Below are positions 31,838 through 44,970 of a DNA stretch of 64,000 nt, in pieces. A model generated the notes under the pieces. The model was not told where the DNA came from. It was given only the letters and a program-made list of their open reading frames with translations, and did not search any database. Both the position numbers and the translations under genes were made by a program. The first letter of the stretch is position 1; each line of letters opens with the position of its first letter. Source of the stretch: the human T2T-CHM13v2.0 reference genome, Homo sapiens; the NCBI RefSeq assembly GCF_009914755.1, contig NC_060934.1. The stretch is one strand, 5' to 3'.

Positions 31838-32220
31838 GATGAATGGATGGATGGAGGGAGGGAATGATGGAAGGAGGGATGGAGGGTGGGAGGGATGGAT
31901 AGAAGGATGGAGGAAAGAATGGAGGAATGGATGGAGGGAGATATGCAGGGATGGAGGGAGGGATGAAGGGAGAGATGGAAGAAAGGATGAAGGGAAGGCT
32001 GGAAGGAGGGATGAAGGGAGAAAAGGATAGAGGGGTGGATGACGGAAGGGATGGAGGGAAGGATGGAGGGAGAAATAGAGGAAGGGATGGGTAAACAGGG
32101 AAGAAGGGTGGGGGGTGAAGGAATGGGGGAAGGGTAGAAGGACAGATGGATGGATGGATGGATGGAGGGTTGGAGGGAGGAAATGATGGAGAGAGGGGTG
32201 GAAAGATGGATAAGGGATGG
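31838..32220. repeat. Purine-rich (GGAW/GGAG)n low-complexity array, probably grown from an L2 3' tail
   Basis: GATGAATGGATGGATGGAGGGAGGGAATG... is preceded by L2-end-like GCCTGGGGCAGATAGTACTTATTGAGGATGTCTGTGAGATGAATG. Confidence 0.85.
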
Positions 32221-33697
32221 AAACCTGTCTCCTGGCAGGAAGGCTTGACTGCTTGCAAGCCACTGGTTGGGCTATAACAAACTTGGGCCATCATTTATAT
32301 CTTTTCTAAAACCTGAGGAACATTTTGACATGTCTTAAATAAGGATAAGTGAGTCCCATCCTAAATAGGAAATACTCTGTCACTTTTCTCTGATTTCAAA
32401 AGCCATCAAAGCAGAATGTGCACATCCCGATTACCTCATTGTTTCTGCACCAGCTCACTGCCAGGCTTATCCTGCTTGGCACATGCAAATTAGAGAGATG
32501 CCTGCGTTACAGACCCGCTGCAATCCCCGTGTCTTCACACTGAATTTGGAATTGAATAGTGCTAAATGGGTCTTCACATTTGGCTTTGGTGGTTAATTTG
32601 ACCATGCATAGCATGTTTTCATATTTCTTCATGACAAATGTAAACATAATTAGCTCTTATTCAAAAATAATTTGGTTGTAGAATGCAGTGATTTCTAAAC
32701 ATGTCCTCCATTTTAAGAAACTCTAATATGCAAACATTCGAATTCATGGAGTGCATAAATTCAGCATCTATTCTTCTCACAGTGATTCTTGGCTTTGGGC
32801 TTCACTGCAGGAGGCCTACAAACAATGGGATCCTGTAACGCATTTAAGATGTTACCCACTTGGCAATAATTGGATGACTCTTTAAGGAATGTAGTAGCAC
32901 CTCCATTAAAGCAATTATCTTGTTATTGTGTGGCTATTTCCATATCTGTTTCTCTGGTTCACTGTTTCTTAATAAATGTTATCCTGTTTATCTTTGTTTC
33001 CTCAGTGTCTTAAATACCCGGTTCCTAATCAATGCTTTAGGCATTTAAGGGTATTCTCACACATCTCTGTATCTCTCAACACTTCTGAAGCATCATGGGA
33101 AACCCACCCCTCATATTTAGGAAATGAACATCCTTACAGTTAGGCAGATCATCCTGTATTATGATGTACGAGTACCACATAGCCATGGGAGGAAAATGAA
33201 GGGTTTAAAGACTCCTTGGATATTTCTTCATATTATAAAATAAGAATGACCTTTGCAACTCTACTTAGGTTCAGCTGCTTGTGAATTATGAGGGGTTCCT
33301 CAAGGAATAGACATTTCCTAGAGCCTCCTCACCCTCAGAAGACCACAAAACTTCTCTGCAGAAAGTGTTACGCTTTCTTAGTCCACTGAGGACTCCCTGT
33401 GTCAGGTGAAGTTTTATTATTGTCCTTAGCATTGAAAGAATTGCTTGCAGGATGTTTCAGCTCATTTCTTTCCATCGTCGTTGGTGATTCTCAGTGGTGG
33501 TAACCTTTACAGTGCATGTGTGGTCTCCCCCTCTGCTCCGATTCCTGACTCTTTTCTTCTTTTCCATCTAAACAGAGTACACAGCTCTGCCACAGATAAT
33601 GAGTCCAGATAGCCAAAAATCAACGGACAGGAGATTAATGGACTGGGTTATTTTATAACTAATCCAAATAAAGATTTTTCCCTTTTTTACTTAAAGA

Positions 33698-33701
<4 letters not shown>

Positions 33702-33733
<32 letters not shown>
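33702..33733. repeat. (TG)16 microsatellite
   Basis: Perfect TG dinucleotide run. Confidence 0.95.
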
Positions 33734-33737
<4 letters not shown>

Positions 33738-36701
33738 AGATATAACCAAGAATGAACTTTTCCAAAGGTCACTTAATTACTAGGGGAAAATAGAAAGTGG
33801 TCCAGATAGTGCATGTTTATAAGCATGTGGTGTATGTGTGCACTTGCCTCCATATTAAATTTTTGGGCCAAATAATCAAGTATTAGGAAACACAAAATAC
33901 CCAGAGTGATTCTCACTCAGGATTTAGACTCTAACGGCAAGCTCTAATGGCTCACCTGCATGGACTGCAATCAGAGAAGGTGCACACTCACCTTAGATGG
34001 CAGGCTGGGCTCAACTACACCAAATGCTGGGCATCCCACTGAGTAGTCCAGCTTTTCAGAGTGGTTGGTGTCAGTGATGCCATTGAAATGCTCAAGAAAT
34101 GAGCTGAAACATCCTGCAAACAATTCTTCCATGGTAAGGACTACAATAAAACTTCAGCTGACACAGGGAGGCCTCAGCAGACCGAGAAAGTGTAATTTTT
34201 TCTGGAGAGAAGTTTTGTGGTCTTCTGAGGGTAAGCAGGTGCATGCGCCGGGGTTACCCATCCCTCCCACCGAGGCCTCATATCACCTCAACTTTACCCT
34301 GGGGCTGGAGTGCAGGGATTAGAATAAAATTTCTGATACCCATTGTTTCATTTAGCCACTCCAATTATTGATACGATTTTACTATATTGATTTTATTGCA
34401 TTTAATTCCCATTTCAAATACCAGGAGAAAAGGAATTGGGTCATAAAATCTTTAAGATATTTGGTCAGACTATAAAAGGGGGTGCCATTAATTCACAAAG
34501 AGGAGAAGTCATAGGATTTGCTTCCCAGGTCTTGGCCCAGCCCAGCCTTCTTCACCTCGTGCACACTATACACGCTGGATGCTCTGCTGAAGTTGTGTTG
34601 TCACCTGGGACTGACATGTGCTTCTCATGGCATCATTTAATACTGTCATGGTGCTTTGCAAAATGGGGTAGAATCATTGGAGAAAATCATCATGGCTGAA
34701 AATAAAAGCATCTATTTTACATGAGAAACATTCACTGAAGCTAGTCCATGTGGAAGGAACTTTGAGGAAGAACTACATTGCCCAAACTCTACAGACAGTT
34801 CGTTAAAAATAGGGAGTGTCTTAAGGAATGTGGCAGGCATTTCTCCTTTTATTCATGCTGGCAGACTGATAAGTGTTTAACCGAACATAGCTTCAGAGCT
34901 TCAGCCCAAATGCTTAAATTCACTCAACCAAAAGCTCAACTGTCTTGGGCCGCACAGTTTCAGTGGACTGTTCCCAGTTCACTGAGTCTGGTCCATAATA
35001 ACTACATTGCAGATAAACTTCATTTTTGAAACCATTTTTCCCCATTTCCAATTTCTCTTCTTCAGATCCCTATCATATAAAATTCTCAGTTTTAACTATT
35101 TCCTCAAAAACAATCCTGTAGAGGCAAAATGCTGAAACAAGAAAACCAGGCCACCTAGTCAAGTGAGGTGTTGTTTAGAATGACGCAGGGTTTTAAAATG
35201 GCAAGAATTCTCTATTTAGGTTGGCCTCAAACATGGACCAGCTAGTTCTCAATTAGGCAATTTCTGTCTGTTTCATAAATGAATCTAAAACATGAATGGA
35301 AATGGTGGCTCCTACGTGGGCCAGCTCACAGCCCCAGCCTTAGGTCACCCCCCGACATTTTGGCATGGTGGATAGAGAGGTGGAGGAAGGATTTCTAGGC
35401 TGAAAGAAGACAAATCTGCCCCTTCTTCTCCATCAGCCACCAGGTTCCAGGTTCTGGAAACAGGGCGGTGGGTGGGCTGTCTGCTTCCTTGCATGGGCTG
35501 GAGGGCAGGGTGGCTGTGAGCTCACTCACCCCAACATTTGTCTCATTCCCAGCAGCTCCGGACCTTGAGGGCTGATCTTCCCAACTCTTCTCCACATTCC
35601 AACACCAGCAGCCTCGGCTGGGTCTCATACTCTGGATTCAAAGCATCGCTTCTCTTGAGAGGCTTTCCTTATTTTGGTTGGATAGGATGTATCTTTCCAA
35701 GTTTCAGACAGTGTTTCCTGTCTGTTGGGTTTCTCCTCCCTGGACCCCACACTAGCCGGGTTGCTCGGCCACGCCCTGTGCTGAGCCGAGATGTCTTCCT
35801 GCCACGCCTGTAGCTGAGCATGGACCCCACAGCCCAGCATAGCCTCTTCTCAGGTTAACCCTGCCCCATGGAAAGGGTGGGTCAAATCTGCAGTTTTCAG
35901 AGCTGGCAACATGGTGACCACGATTCACACATGGCTAAGTGCATCCTGCACCTTGCATTGACCCGAAGTCTACGGGACTAAGGAGAAGCCATTTTGTTTT
36001 GGGTCCCATTCCTGCCAACTGCACTTTTAGGGGAGGAGTCACTCAGAGCCTTCGTTTCATTCATGTAATAGGTTGTGAGGAGGTGGAGACAAACTCTGGC
36101 TGTATTTTTACTGTTTTCACTTTCATCTTGCCTCTCACATCCCTACGTTTGCTCTGATTACAGAAGGGATTAAAAACAGATAAACAAAATCAAACAACAC
36201 CAAACACAGCATAAATATCAACCCATCCAGGCTGCAGTGGATTCTTGCCAAACTTTGAAAATTCTCCAAGTCAATACTCCCATTAGAAAAGAGCTTTTCT
36301 GGCCATGAAAAGCTGAGCAGCAGCGATCTGCAGAGGGAGCGGGTGTGGGGCTGCTCTGGCCCCTGCTCTGAAGCCCCACTGGGAGCTCAGAGGATGAAGA
36401 AACATCCATCGATAGCAGGTGCCAGCCCACCCGTGACCAAGTGCAGACTTTCAAAAAGGAATGCATTCCCAACAATATGACACAGAAGGTTTGGAATAAC
36501 TGCTTTTGATAGAAGTTTTGACGGTTTTGAAGCTACTCTCACAGCAGCACTCCTGCATTCTGGCTTGGTGTCTCCAGAGGGGCAGGGGTGGGCTCACAGC
36601 TGGGGGTGGGCAGTGGAGAGGGAACATGCCACACCTGTGATTATCAACTTTCCTGTATGCTGTGGCCCCAGACAGCCTAGAGCCACGTGGGTCCGGAATT
36701 G

Positions 36702-38801
36702 AATCAGCACCCACCAGAGAACCACGTGCCCCACAGCGGCAATAACCGGCATCCACCAGAGAACCACGCGCCCCACAGTGGCAATAACCAGCATCCACCA
36801 GAGAACCACACACCCCACAGCGGCAATAACCGGCATCCACCAGAGAACCACGCGCCCCACAGCGGCAATAACCAGCATCCACCAGAGAACCACACACCCC
36901 ACAGCGGCAATAACCGGCATCCACCAGAGAACCACACACCCCACAGCGGCAATAACCGGCATCCACCAGAGAACCACGCGCCCCACAGCGGCAATAACCA
37001 GCATCCACCAGAGAACCACGCGCCCCACAGCGGCAATAACCGGCATCCACCAGAGAACCACACGCCCCACAGCGGCAATAACCGGCATCCACCAGAGAAC
37101 CACGCGCCCCACAGCGGCAATAACCGGCATCCACCAGAGAACCACACACCCCACAGTGGCAATAACCGGCATCCACCAGAGAACCACGTGCCCCACAGCG
37201 GCAATAACCGGCATCCACCAGAGAACCACACACCCCACAGCGGCAATAACCAGCATCCACCAGAGAACCACGTGCCCCACAGCGGCAATAACCGGCATCC
37301 ACCAGAGAACCACACACCCCACAGCGGCAATAACCAGCATCCACCAGAGAACCACGCGCCCCACAGCGGCAATAACCGGCATCCACCAGAGAACCACACA
37401 CCCCACAGCGGCAATAACCAGCATCCACCAGAGAACCACGTGCCCCACAGCGGCAATAACCGGCATCCACCAGAGAACCACACACCCCACAGCGGCAATA
37501 ACTGGCATCCACCAGAGAACCACACACCCCACAGCGGCAATAACCGGCATCCACCAGAGAACCACACGCCCCACAGCGGCAATAACCGGCATCCACCAGA
37601 GAACCACGCGCCCCACAGCGGCAATAACCAGCATCCACCAGAGAACCACGTGCCCCACAGCGGCGATAACCAGCATCCACCAGAGAACCACGCGCCCCAC
37701 AGCGGCAATAACCAGCATCCACCAGAGAACCACACACCCCACAGTGGCAATAACCGGCATCCACCAGAGAACCACGCGCCCCACAGCGGCAATAACCAGC
37801 ATCCACCAGAGAACAAAGTGTCCCGCAGTGGTGATAATCAGCATCAGGCAGAGAACCACATGCCCCAAAGCAGTGATAACCAGCATCCACCAGAGAACCC
37901 TGTGCCCCACATCGGCAATAACCAGCATCCACCAGAGAACCACGTGCCCCACAGCGGCGATAACTGGCATCCACCACAGAACAAAGTGTCCTACAGTGGT
38001 GATAATCATCATCAGGCAGAGAACCACATGCCCCAAAGCAGTGATAACCAGCATCCACCAGAGAACCATGTGCCCCACAGCGGCAATAACCAGCATCCAC
38101 CAGAGAACCACGTGCCCCACAGTGGCAATAACCAGCATCCACCAGAGAACCACATGCCCCACAGCGGCAATAACCAGCATCCACCAGAGAACCACGTGCC
38201 CCACAGTGGCAATAACCAGCATCCACCAGAGAACAACGTGCCCTGCAACGGCGATAATCAGCATCAGCCAGAGAACCACATGCCCCACAGCGGCAATAAC
38301 CAGCATCCACCAGAGAACGACGCACCCCACAGCGGCAATAACCGGCATCCACCAGAGAACCACGTGCCCCACAGTGGCAATAACCAGCATCCACCAGAGA
38401 ACCACATGCCCCACAGCGGCAATAACAAGCATCCACCAGAGAACCACGTGCCCCACAGTGGCAATAACCAGCATCCACCAGAGAACCACGCGCCCCACAG
38501 CGGCAATAACCAGCATCCACCAGAGAACAACGTGCCCTGCAACGGCGATAATCAGCATCAGCTAGAGAACCACATGCCCCACAGCGGGGATAACCAGCAT
38601 CCACCAGGGAACCACGTGCCCCACAGCGGCGATAACCAGCATCCACCAGAGAACAAAGTGTCCCTCAGTGGTGATAATCAGCATCAGCCAGAGAACCACG
38701 TGCCCCAAAGCAGTGATAACCAGCATCCACCAGAGAACCAACTGCCCCACAGCAGCGATAACCAGCATCCACCAGAGAACAAAGTGCCCCGCAGTGGCGA
38801 T
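36702..38801. repeat. GC-rich minisatellite (VNTR), 42-bp unit x ~50
   Basis: Unit CCACCAGAGAACCAC(G/A)(T/C)(G/A)CCCCACAGCGGCAATAACC(G/A)GCAT, giving 14-aa periodic pseudo-ORFs in several frames. Confidence 0.97.
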
Positions 38802-40066
38802 TTCCTTCAGGCGGAATGGGGCTCTTTTGTGATAACTTTTTCCTGAGCCACTTTCACCCTCTCACTCTTCTTTCTGATGTGTGCACTCCAGGCTCATTGA
38901 TCATGGTATTGCTACATTTTCTTTCAGCCAGGTTTTGTCTGGAATTTAGTCAGAACTATGCTGCAGCTGTGCAGGAATGTGTGGTTGGCTGGCAGTGCCC
39001 ACATCTTGGGGTGTCCCAACCTCCTGCTCACTCTCAAAGATGGGCAGTTACAGTGAAGACAGTGAGAGTCAAATCCAGCTTTTCATGAATTTTTAACCCT
39101 CTGCCTGGATGTCCCATTTTATCATTCAAACCACCCTGTGATAGACCCCCTTCCTCAGCTTCCCCATGCCATGGAGAAGGCTGAGGCAAGTCCCTCAAAC
39201 ACACACATGGCCCCACAGAACCAGGACTGACACCAACAGGGCCTTGACTCTGAGGCCTCTGCCCAACTACCATGCACGCCGCTTGGTTGTCTGCTCACAT
39301 TAAACATTACAGCATCGAGAAACATTCAGGAAACAGTGACTCCTGACTCCTGCAGTCTTCTTCAGGTGGCCATTCCTAGGGAGAAGGAGGAGCTTTGGGA
39401 AGCCAGTCTTTCCCTCTCTCCTCCTCTTGGAGATCGCAGACCCATGGGAGGAGAGTACCCTGAGATGCTCTCAGACATGGGTGGGGTGGGGGTGGAAAGT
39501 CTCAGCCTCATCCAGCCCTGCCTGTGATGGGCTAGCACTTGAGGACATCAGCAGCACTCTGGCTCTGAGTTAGGAAACCTACCGCCCCAATCGTTCAGCC
39601 ACCTTTTCTGCATCTTTGTCCACCTGACTGTATTGCAATGGGGTGACAAGCTGATTAGGAAAAGAGGTCTTTTGCTGTGATCAGTTCTCATCTTCTCTCC
39701 CACATTTATTACTCTTTTTAGTTAGTCCTTTTTTTGAACACAAGTCTCCTCCCTGCATCTCAAAAACAAGAGCCTTGTTTGTGAATCACATAAGAAAGTG
39801 ATCTCCAAATTGGGGAATGCACAAAAGTTGGAGAAAAATGTTGGAACTTCAACTTAAGAGACTTGTATGATAAAAAATGCTTTTGCAGACACAAGAACAG
39901 GGTGTGGTCATGACCTGCTGGTTCCCAACAACACAAGGAGAAAGAATGGAGCATAAAAGACAGATCTAGGGTGAAGAGAAATGAGATCTATACACAAGAC
40001 ATGAAGTTAGTCAGGGCTTTTCTGACATTGGAAGTCATAGGAAGCCTGTACATAAAAACCAGGTTT

Positions 40067-40931
40067 TCAAACAACCCCATAAAAAAGTGGGCAAAGGACA
40101 TGCACAGACACCTCTCAAAAGAAGACATCCATGCAGTCAATAAGCATATGAAAAAAAGCTCAACATCACTGATCATTAGAGAAATGCAAATCAAAACCAC
40201 AATGAGATACCATCTCACAGCCGTCAGAATGGCTAGTACTAAAAAGTCCAAAAATAACAGATGCTGGCGAGAAAAAAGAATGGAATGTAAATTAGCTCAG
40301 TGGGAATGAGCTAGTGGGAACGTAGATTAGCTCGGCCATTGTGGAAAGCAATTTGGCAAATTCTCAAAGAACTTAAAACAGAACTACCATCTGACCCAGC
40401 AACCCCATTACTGGGTATATACCCAAAGGAATATAAATTGTTCTACCATAGACACACAGGCACGCGCATGTCCATCGCAGCACTATTCACAATTGCAAAG
40501 TCATGGAATCAACCTAAATGCCCATCCATTGTGGACTGGATACAGAAAGTATGCTACATATACACCATGGAATACTATGCAGCCATAAAGAAGAACCAGA
40601 TCATGTCTTCTGCAGGAACATGGATGGAGCTGGAAGCCCTTATCCTAAGCAAACTAATGCAGGAAAAGAAAGCCAAATATCCATGTTCTCACTTATATGT
40701 GGGAGCGAAACACTGGGCACCTATGGCCACAAATGGGGGAGCAACAGATACTGGGAACTACTTGAGGGTGAAGGGTGGGAGGAGGGTGAGGACTGAAAAT
40801 CCACCTCTCGGGCACTGTGCTAATCACATGGGTAACAAAACAATCTGTACACCAAACCCCCACAACACACAATTTACCCATATAGCAAACCTGCACATGT
40901 ACCCTTGAACCTAAAATAAGAGTTAAAAAAA
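40067..40931 (+). mobile_element. 5'-truncated L1 (L1PB / old L1PA-like), ORF2 C-terminus plus 3' UTR
   Basis: [14 protein letters not shown]...[12 protein letters not shown] and ...[11 protein letters not shown]...MEYYAAIKK peptides. Ends CTGCACATGTACCCTTGAACCTAAAATAAGAGTTAAAAAA. Decayed TSD AAAAACCAGGTT / AAAAACTCAGGTT. Confidence 0.9.
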
Positions 40932-41908
40932 CTCAGGTTGTGCAGGAGGCATCTGTGTGATTGAGCAGGGCTGGGTCCTCCTAATCATGGCTCTCCCACC
41001 TGTGGCCGTGAGTCCTCACCCAAGCCACCTGCCTCACAGGATTTGGGTCCCATTTCTGTAAGATAACGGACAGGGTCAATGTTTCTAAAATTCTACCGGC
41101 ATCCGATTTACTCATCAAACCATCAGACCAAGCTACAAGGCAGGGAAATAGGTTCCTTTGTTCAGCAGCGAGAGGACTCAGTCAAGGTCATGTGTGAACT
41201 CTTGGAGCCTGCGTGGCCGTCGCGGCAATGACCTGGTGAGAAGGTGATGCCTCAGCATGCCCAAAGCTGCATGGCAGGAGAAGGAAGGGCTCAGAATATT
41301 TTTCCTGGTGTTGTTTGGGAATAACCCTGCCTTTAGTAAAGAATTAAAGTTACACTTACAGAGGGAAGGTAAAAGGCAAGAATTGTCACAAAGCATAAAT
41401 GGGCGCTGAACGCTGAGTATAAGAGGGGAGACGCCTGGGCAGGTGACCTGACCCGCCAGGCCGCTGCAGGAGGCCGACCCCAGCACCCTTCTGGCAGCCA
41501 CAGGGAGTCGCACACGGACCCCATGCCTTTCACAGACTGTTTCCCAGGAGGCAAAATGTCAGCAACTGGTGCTAGGAGGGTGGTCAGAGTGAAAGCCGTG
41601 GACATGGCTGTGACTTCTGGGACGGGCACGGCGAGGCACTCTCACACACACTGTACTGTGGGGCCCCAAATAAACCAGGAGGTTGGCGTCAGCACCCACA
41701 TTCTATGAATGGGCAGGAGAGGAGCCCTCAGCCTGGCTGTGCTGGGGGTTGGGCCAGGCCCACACCCGTGTGCCCGCTGTTTCTCCATGTGGCCTTCATT
41801 GTGTTTCCGAGCTCCGTGCATAATGTCCTCCCCGGCCAAGAAATAAAACAGACTGTGGGACTTGGTGGCACCAAAGAGGCAGGTGGCCCCCTCAGGGAAC
41901 ACAGCTGC

Positions 41909-42041
41909 CCAGAAGGGCACATGGAGGAAACCGCCGCAGCCTGGCAGGTGAGCCAGGAGGGCACGTGGAGGGAACCGCCGCAGCCTCGGGTGTGAGCCAG
42001 GAGGGCACGTGGAGGAAACCGCCACAGCCTGGGGGGTGAGG
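41909..42041. repeat. 44-bp tandem repeat x3
   Basis: GAGGGCACGTGGAGG(G/A)AACCGCCGCAGCCT...GTGAGCCAG at 41913, 41957 and 42001. Confidence 0.9.
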
Positions 42042-44741
42042 ATGCTTCACTCTTATGCCAGACCCACCTGTCACGGTGGTCCCCCCTCACGAGGCCTCGT
42101 CAGACCCAGAATGGTGTCAGCATGGGCTGGACTGCACAGTCCAGGGACTCTTTCATGGGCCAATGCCCTCTGACCTTAGAGGTGCTCAGAGAAGCTCCCT
42201 CCTTTAGAAACCCTGGCTGCTCCGCAGGTGAGGTTGCTCAGAGTCTGCATATGTTGCTCCGGACACCCAGCTGGCAAGAGGCAGAGCCAGGCTCAAGTCC
42301 ACATCCTCCAGCTTCCCAGAAGGCTTTCCTTTGGTTCCATCAGAATGGACACACCAGGACCTTTTCGGCACCCTGTGGACACTCCTGTGACCACAGTTGT
42401 CAGAGCTCAACTGACCCCATGTCCTCCTGCCCTTGGGAACTGAGCCAGCCCAGCCTCATGCACACGGCTCTGCTGGTGACCTGGATTCCCATCTGGGGAG
42501 CTGGCTGGACAGAAGGGCTGCTGCTGTGTTTCCCCCCGTGACTCTGATAGTGAGGACAGCACCCCTTCTTTTTTGAGGGACAGGACAAGAATTGTAGGGT
42601 CATGTACAGAATCCACATGGACGCATGACTCTGCCCCTTTCAGTCTATTCTTAGCATTTGAATTCCTGTTTCTTGGCATTGAAATCCAGAACAACTTTGC
42701 ATGGATGCTGCAGGCCGACACGTGTGCTTGATGGAAGGATATTCACTTAGATTTCTCAGTTTAGATAACTGAATAAAGCCTCCACACCAAACCCTGCAAC
42801 CTGAGAGCCATTTTACTAAACACTTTTCATTTTACTAAAATCATCACAAATGAACCGTGGTTAAGGCAAAAGAGAGACTGCCGGCAGAGGATGCCTTCCA
42901 CCACTGTGTGTATTATCATCATGATCAGAAGGAAAATGCCCTGTATTTTTTTAAAGACCCATTCACACTTAGTGTTTGTATAGTAACTGTTGTTCTGTTC
43001 GCCTTTAATTTTGAATACTTGAGTGAATTCACAATTCCACCGTGTGCATTAATTTAGAAAAATGCATTTTAAAAACCTTTAATCGTGGTGCCGTTGTTAC
43101 AAACTCTCATTCCACTTTATTACTCCCCATGCACCGACAGGGTCTCAGATGTATGGGTGAGAGAGTGGCCAGAATGTGGCAGTGAAGGAGATGGGGCTTG
43201 AGATTGGGAATAACGAGTTCGTCTCTCACCAACCGCGAGAACCCCTCAGCCCCTCAGTTCCTGCCCCTCTTGTGGGTGCTGTGAACACAGGTGCCCTCCA
43301 ACTCTGGGGACCTGAGGTTGTCACCGCGCTTTACTTAAAAATGCAGCATATGAGACAGTTGTTGTTGACAGGGGCATGAACTGGCTTTCAGTGTTACTGA
43401 GTCTTGCTCTTCAGAATGATCTGGGAGCATTTGTGGGGAGGAAGACATAAAATGCCTCGAGATGTGGCATATTTAAACAGATTTGACCCCCAGCCATGCT
43501 GCAGGCTCCAGCCTTTACAGAGGCACTTGGTACTAGGGAACTAAAGGCAAGAGCAAGGCCATCAGAGGCAGAGATGCCAGGGGTGCCCCACCCCGTCTCC
43601 TGCTCCAGACACTACCTGGGGCAGCAGGCCGGGAGCCAGGCCCATGTCAGGCGAGGGCACGTGGGTCCTTGCCTTCTCCCATCTGCCCAGGGTCCTCTGT
43701 TTCCCATTGGTTTGGAAAGCTAGAATTTAATGGAAAATACTACAGGAGTGAGAAAATATAAGCTCCAGTTTTGGGCAAAATGCTGCAGATTGCATGTCAA
43801 TGGGGACGTGTGCCTGTTTGCTGCTCTTCAAATGTTACCAAGAAAGCAGCCCCCAGCATATGTGCCCATATTGGATACATCATGTTGACCTATGGACATC
43901 TTAACACGGGTTCTATTTTCTCAGGATGTGAGAACTGCATGTGAACATTCCATCACAGATCCTTATTTTCAAGATGAGGAAGTGCAGGCCCAGAGGGGCC
44001 CAGGACTGGCCCATTCCCTTCGGTTCTGCTCTGACTTCCCAGCCCCGCACGCCAGCCCTCAACGTGTTACTCCAGAAATGGGATTAGAGGAGCTCGTCTG
44101 GATTTTCCGTGAAATCCCTTCTCCCTTTCCCGCCTTCCTGATCATAAAGTTGCAGTGAGTCGTGTCAGAGGACCGAGGCCTTGTCTCCCCAGCCGGCGTC
44201 CCTGGGACAAGAATGAGATTGCCAAATGCCACTCTGAGCATGGTTCATGCATCTGCCCGTTTCATTCTCCCAGCTGCTCTGTGAGCGACTGCTTTTGGTA
44301 TCATCTCATTTAGGAATGAGAAGAAACCAGGGCACGGGTACTTGGCACTCAAGGGCTTAGGTCCCACAGCTGGTAAGCAGATGCAGGAGACTGGCTCTGG
44401 AGACTAAGCTCACCACCTTCTCCAGGGCTGTGGATGGCAGCCGTGTGACCTGTCCCCTGCCCAGGAGACCACTGAAGAGCACACAGATCAGGAGCCAGGA
44501 GGCCTCAGCCCTCACCTCAGCTCTTCACGCCCATCGGCTACGAGACCCTCAGTAAGACCACGGGTGCCTCGACCCGGCTGGTGCACAAGGAGCACAGCCA
44601 TCAACGCCTCCCGACAGCGCTCACAGGTAACGCCCTCCTCTGGACCCCACGTACGCAGTGCACCGAAGGCACCCCCAGTGGACACCAGGATTGCTGAGAA
44701 GGGAGCTGGAATAGGCTCAGGGTAATTGGGAGATGAATGGG

Positions 44742-44970
44742 AAGAGAGAGGCAGTAAGAGATGGAGGGAGGTAGAGAGATACAGGAACAGAGAGGGATAC
44801 GGAGACAGAGACAGACACAGAGACAGAGATAGAGAGAGATAGGGGTGGAGAGAGACAGACAGAGACGGAGACAGAGAGATACTGAGAGAGAGAGACAGAG
44901 ACAAACAGAGACAGGGACCGAGAGAGACAGAGACAGAAGAGGGAGACAGAGACAGAGCGAAACAGAGACA
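44742..44970. repeat. GA-rich / (GAGACA)n low-complexity tract
   Basis: Degenerate GAGACA/GAGA repeats. Confidence 0.85.

Noticed and set aside
36702-38801. CRISPR-like array
   Set aside because: Units are head-to-tail with no unique spacers, there are no cas genes, and the context is eukaryotic.
36451-38846. Keratin-associated/metallothionein-like or membrane proteins of 600-730 aa
   Set aside because: They are translations of a 42-bp VNTR. Several overlapping frames are equally open, which argues against coding selection.
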